A stretch of 55,820 bases of DNA, filler included, from Blastocystis sp. subtype 4 (Eukaryota): NCBI RefSeq assembly GCF_000743755.1. It is 2 parts of 2 records of this genome, joined end to end, with 100 filler letters (N's around TTAATTAATTAA, not from the genome) between each part and the next. Parts side by side here need not be neighbours in the genome. Positions count along the whole stretch, not along the records: positions 28,010 to 55,820 come from NW_014569410.1; 1 more part is not named here. One strand, given 5' to 3'. The notes below the pieces were generated by a model. It was not told the origin of the DNA, made no database searches, and worked only from the letters and a program-made list of their open reading frames with translations. Both the position numbers and the translations under genes were made by a program. Below are positions 52,523 through 55,820 of the stretch, piece after piece (the stretch's first letter is position 1; the number at the start of each line of letters is the position of its first letter).

Positions 52523-54018
52523 TTAACTCCCCAGCTGAAATAGTACAGAGACAGTGACGAAAAGAAATAGAATAGCAAATATCCATGACCTAGTCGGTAT
52601 GGATTTGTCCTTCACAGGATGTTCCTCGAGAATTTGGGGCTTCTCCTTTACAACAATAGGATTTTTTGTATTTGTTACTTTGCGATGATATAACGAGGAC
52701 CCTTGATTCAAATCCATTGATTGCTCTCTCATTCTAAACAACGAACTCCGTCGAGGTTTCATATCATAGATCCGACTTCTCTATACTGAATTCATTAGCA
52801 CAAAGCCTACTTTGGTTGAGAAGGAGGCAAGAACCTCCTCTTCTGAGACCTGTTTCAGTCGTTCCTCAATTCGCTATCCATTACATCAGTCCATTAAACT
52901 AACTTTCAAAAAATGTTGCTGACAACCAACCACACTCCCAGGACGACAAATCCGACAATACCCAATAGCCTGCTCTGCTGTCATTCCAAACTCATACATC
53001 AAATATGAACAGATAACCGTTCCTGTCCGTCCCAAACCCGCTTTGCAATGAACCGCCACACCACATTGATGTGTCTTAATAATTGCAATGAACCGCAATA
53101 ATTGAAGGACTAATCTATGAGTGGAGAGAATCAGAGGTACATTCAGGCAATCCTCCATCTGGGAAATAGATGTCAAAATGTTCAATCCCATTATCTGTGA
53201 ATATTCTGCGGTCATAAGCGGGTTGATTTAAACGAACAACCACTCCAACATGCAAATCTGTAAACACCTTCACATACTCTTCAGCCGTCATGGTACGAAC
53301 ACCATTAACCTCTTCAGGAAACATATGAGGTCCCGAAAATGCAACAACACGATCTTTCACGACCCAATTCAAATCTCCATTCTCAACTCGTTCATAATGC
53401 TCATAGGCAGCAGAATCGAAACTACTCCAATCTGTAATTCCCCTATCTACTGCTATTTTCAGACCTTCTACACAATCCCTTACAGTGAGAGGAAAGTCAC
53501 CTAGGATGAAATTCAGCCAATAAATATACATTCACCAGGACTTGCATCATGATACAAAGGGAGAGAGATGTCCTTGAAGAGATTCCAGACTGTATCAACA
53601 TCCATTTGTTTCACAATCACCTATATTATTACAATTACAATTCGGTTCCTACAAGATAGCAACAAGCAAGGAGGATAGAATTGACCTTAATCTTTGGATT
53701 CTGACGAGAATAATAATAGAGTTTCTTGTTTTGGAACTTCCTACTCTTCATCTTTCTATGATTTATAACATAAAATAAACCCATACAAGTCAACCACAAG
53801 ACAAAAGCTATGAATCTGAGCTAGATTTAGTGGACCAAAGTCCAGAAAGTAGTTATAGTAACGAAACACCTCATCTGTGCAGAAGAAGTGATGAGTATCA
53901 TCATCTTGAGGAAGACGCGTTACTCCGACATAGTAGAATCGGTTAGGTATCAGTCTAAACAATGAAAATCACAAACTAATCACCACTCAATTGCACTTGC
54001 AATCTCTTCTTGAGTCAT
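52523..54018 (-). CDS. CDC14: Cdc14 dual-specificity phosphatase with a hydrophobic C-terminal tail
   Basis: DFGPLNLAQI, YEHYERVENGDLNWVV, VVRLNQPAYD, FPDGG, catalytic HCKAGLGRTG, CRPGSVVG; in-frame last exon ends WIFAILFLFVTVSVLFQLGS. Confidence 0.93.
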
Positions 54019-54199
54019 CAAAAACTGCTGTACTCACCGATAATAGTTAAATGAACTCAATCTACTGACACAAGGGTGTTTCAGTTACAATTGTTGTGAT
54101 ACTTGGAGACGTTTATTCTTTGGACTTGTTGGGAAATGTTGGACAAAAAGTGAATTGACTCCTAAATGACAAGATAAGTGTGCTTCGCTTGTGCTCCAC

Positions 54200-54497
54200 G
54201 TATGAAAACTACGTGTTGTCGAGTCTATGAGTTTCGTTATTGAGGAAATCTGTTCTGTTGACATTAAGAGCAAGAACAAATCAGACGATGTGTACGTCTA
54301 ATTCTGTTCCCATTAATTAGGCAAGTTGTGGAATTGTATGTACGTGACGATACAAATCTATTAGGTTATTCTCGTGAGTATTGGAGAGGAATTGTGATAT
54401 GTAGGAGAAGAAGAGGTGAAAGTAGGAATTACCAGAGGATTGCAAATAGAAATGGAGAGAAGTTGTTAAGACACTTCATGAGGAGTCAGATGGATGA
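54200..54497 (+). CDS. Possible small multi-exon gene missed by the ORF track (PH-like C-terminus); 5' end unresolved
   Basis: Three ~30-nt GT-AG introns join EEICSVDIKSK...VELYVRDDTNLLGYSREEEVKKWREVVKTL; TGTTTGTT at 54550-54557. Confidence 0.35.
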
Positions 54498-54670
54498 AGT
54501 CAAATAGTCTCGTGTCTCTATTATCATCAGATTTATGTTCTTCTATCAATGTTTGTTCCAATTGCTGAGAAATCATTATTAAGAGAAATCCGATAGGAGC
54601 GGTTATTAATGAAAAGTAGCGGGATTGTTGACTTCAATTTCCTTGTGGTCCAAATACTTCTCTTATCCGA

Positions 54671-55227
54671 ATGGCTGCTGCTAAGCGTGGTGTGGTTTGT
54701 TAGATGTGTCTTGACGATGTAGGACGTGGAGGTGCTACTGGAAACAAGTTCAGAATGACTCTTGGTCTTCCCACTGGTGCTGTGATCAACTGTGCTGATA
54801 ACACTGGTGCCAAGAACCTGTACGTGATTTCTGTCACTCGTACTGGTGCTCGTCTCAACAGATTGCCTGCTGCTTGTAGATCTGGATAGAGAAGAGTTAT
54901 TTATAGCTGCTGGAGATATGTTCATTGCTTCTGTGAAGAAGGGAAAGCCTGAACTCCGTAAGAAGGGTATTCTGTTAGTTCCGTTGTTTGATTGTGTAGT
55001 CATGCCTGCTGTTGTAGTGAGACAGAGAAAGAGCTGGAGAAGAAAGAATGGAGTCTATCTCTACTTTGAGGGTGGATTGTGATGGAATGGAGTAATGAAT
55101 AGATAATGCTGGTGTGATTGTAAACCCCAAGGGTGAGATGAAGGGATCTGGTATTACTGGACCTGTAGCTAAGGAGGCTGCTGATCTTTGGCCTAAGATT
55201 GCTTCTTCTGCTAGCTCTATCTGGTAA
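54671..55227 (+). CDS. RPL23: 60S ribosomal protein L23 (uL14)
   Basis: [76 protein letters not shown]; motif at 55261-55268. Confidence 0.97.
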
Positions 55228-55820
55228 AGGAGTGAGCCATGATTTGGATGAGATTTATTGTGTTTGTTTAAACAAGGAGCTAGTCTTCTGGGAGTGTTTC
55301 CATTTTCTGATCCCAAGGGCCTCAGTTACTACAGGTAGCTCGACTACCAGAGAAATCCAGAAAGCACTGTCTTGTTGTGATAACAATCACATCATCTTCA
55401 GATATACCTAGTAATATGACCCATGTGTTGCCTCTATCATAACTACGATACAGGAACAGAATGTAATAGATAGCTCATCTAACAGATTGTGTTTAACAAA
55501 GACTAAATCCCAAATTATGATATAGACCACGAAAAGGTATTCCATTATGAAGAGTAATTGTATGATCTAATCTATATGGCAACTAACATTTTATCTTCAT
55601 GTATGATGACCAGGAACCTCCCTGCTAATACCTGACAATACAATGATCTTCTCTACAACTGTATGAACAAGTGCAGCTGCTCTTCTTCTATCCAATCGCG
55701 GTTCTAGAATAATAGTAGCGGCCGTATATCACACTTTGATTGGTGAAACGAATCAATTATCCAATGAATTTGACGCACAATAGGAATTAGGGTCGGATCA
55801 TGTCAATTATTAGGGTACTT

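Noticed and set aside
55300..55820. Possible minus-strand gene end at the window edge
   Set aside because: No convincing frame, homology or terminal motif could be established

Overview
Gene-dense, AT-rich eukaryotic nuclear DNA with about 30 protein-coding genes split by many ~30-nt GT-AG introns, intergenic gaps often under 100 nt, and a TGTTTGTT motif just after most gene ends. This combination is characteristic of Blastocystis (anaerobic gut stramenopile, probably a low-GC subtype); the organism is inferred, not confirmed. Recognisable genes are a 3R-MYB, a Vti1-like SNARE, a CCCH zinc finger, a Piezo-like channel, ALKBH8/Trm9, APN1, FEN1, DBP6, TRM8, a nitroreductase, Ig/discoidin surface proteins, VPS37-like, ZCCHC10-like, phospholipase B, RecQ, BUB3, CENP-T-like, Hsk3-like, CDC14, RPL23 and one tRNA-Cys. 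At least seven genes appear to need polyadenylation to create their UAA stop (an in-frame T, 4 nt, then the motif), so the ORF track over-extends their C-termini. The most unusual items are: an acylated LRR protein fused to an apparently inactive ADP-ribosylglycohydrolase; a secreted papain pseudo-protease fused to LRRs; an ALKBH8 with a decayed O2-dependent domain; a tail-anchored Cdc14; back-to-back poly(A) motifs between convergent genes; and a ~13-kb kinetochore/mitosis neighbourhood. An artificial 100-nt scaffold linker lies at 27910-28009. All exon structures and homologies were assigned by eye, without database searches.
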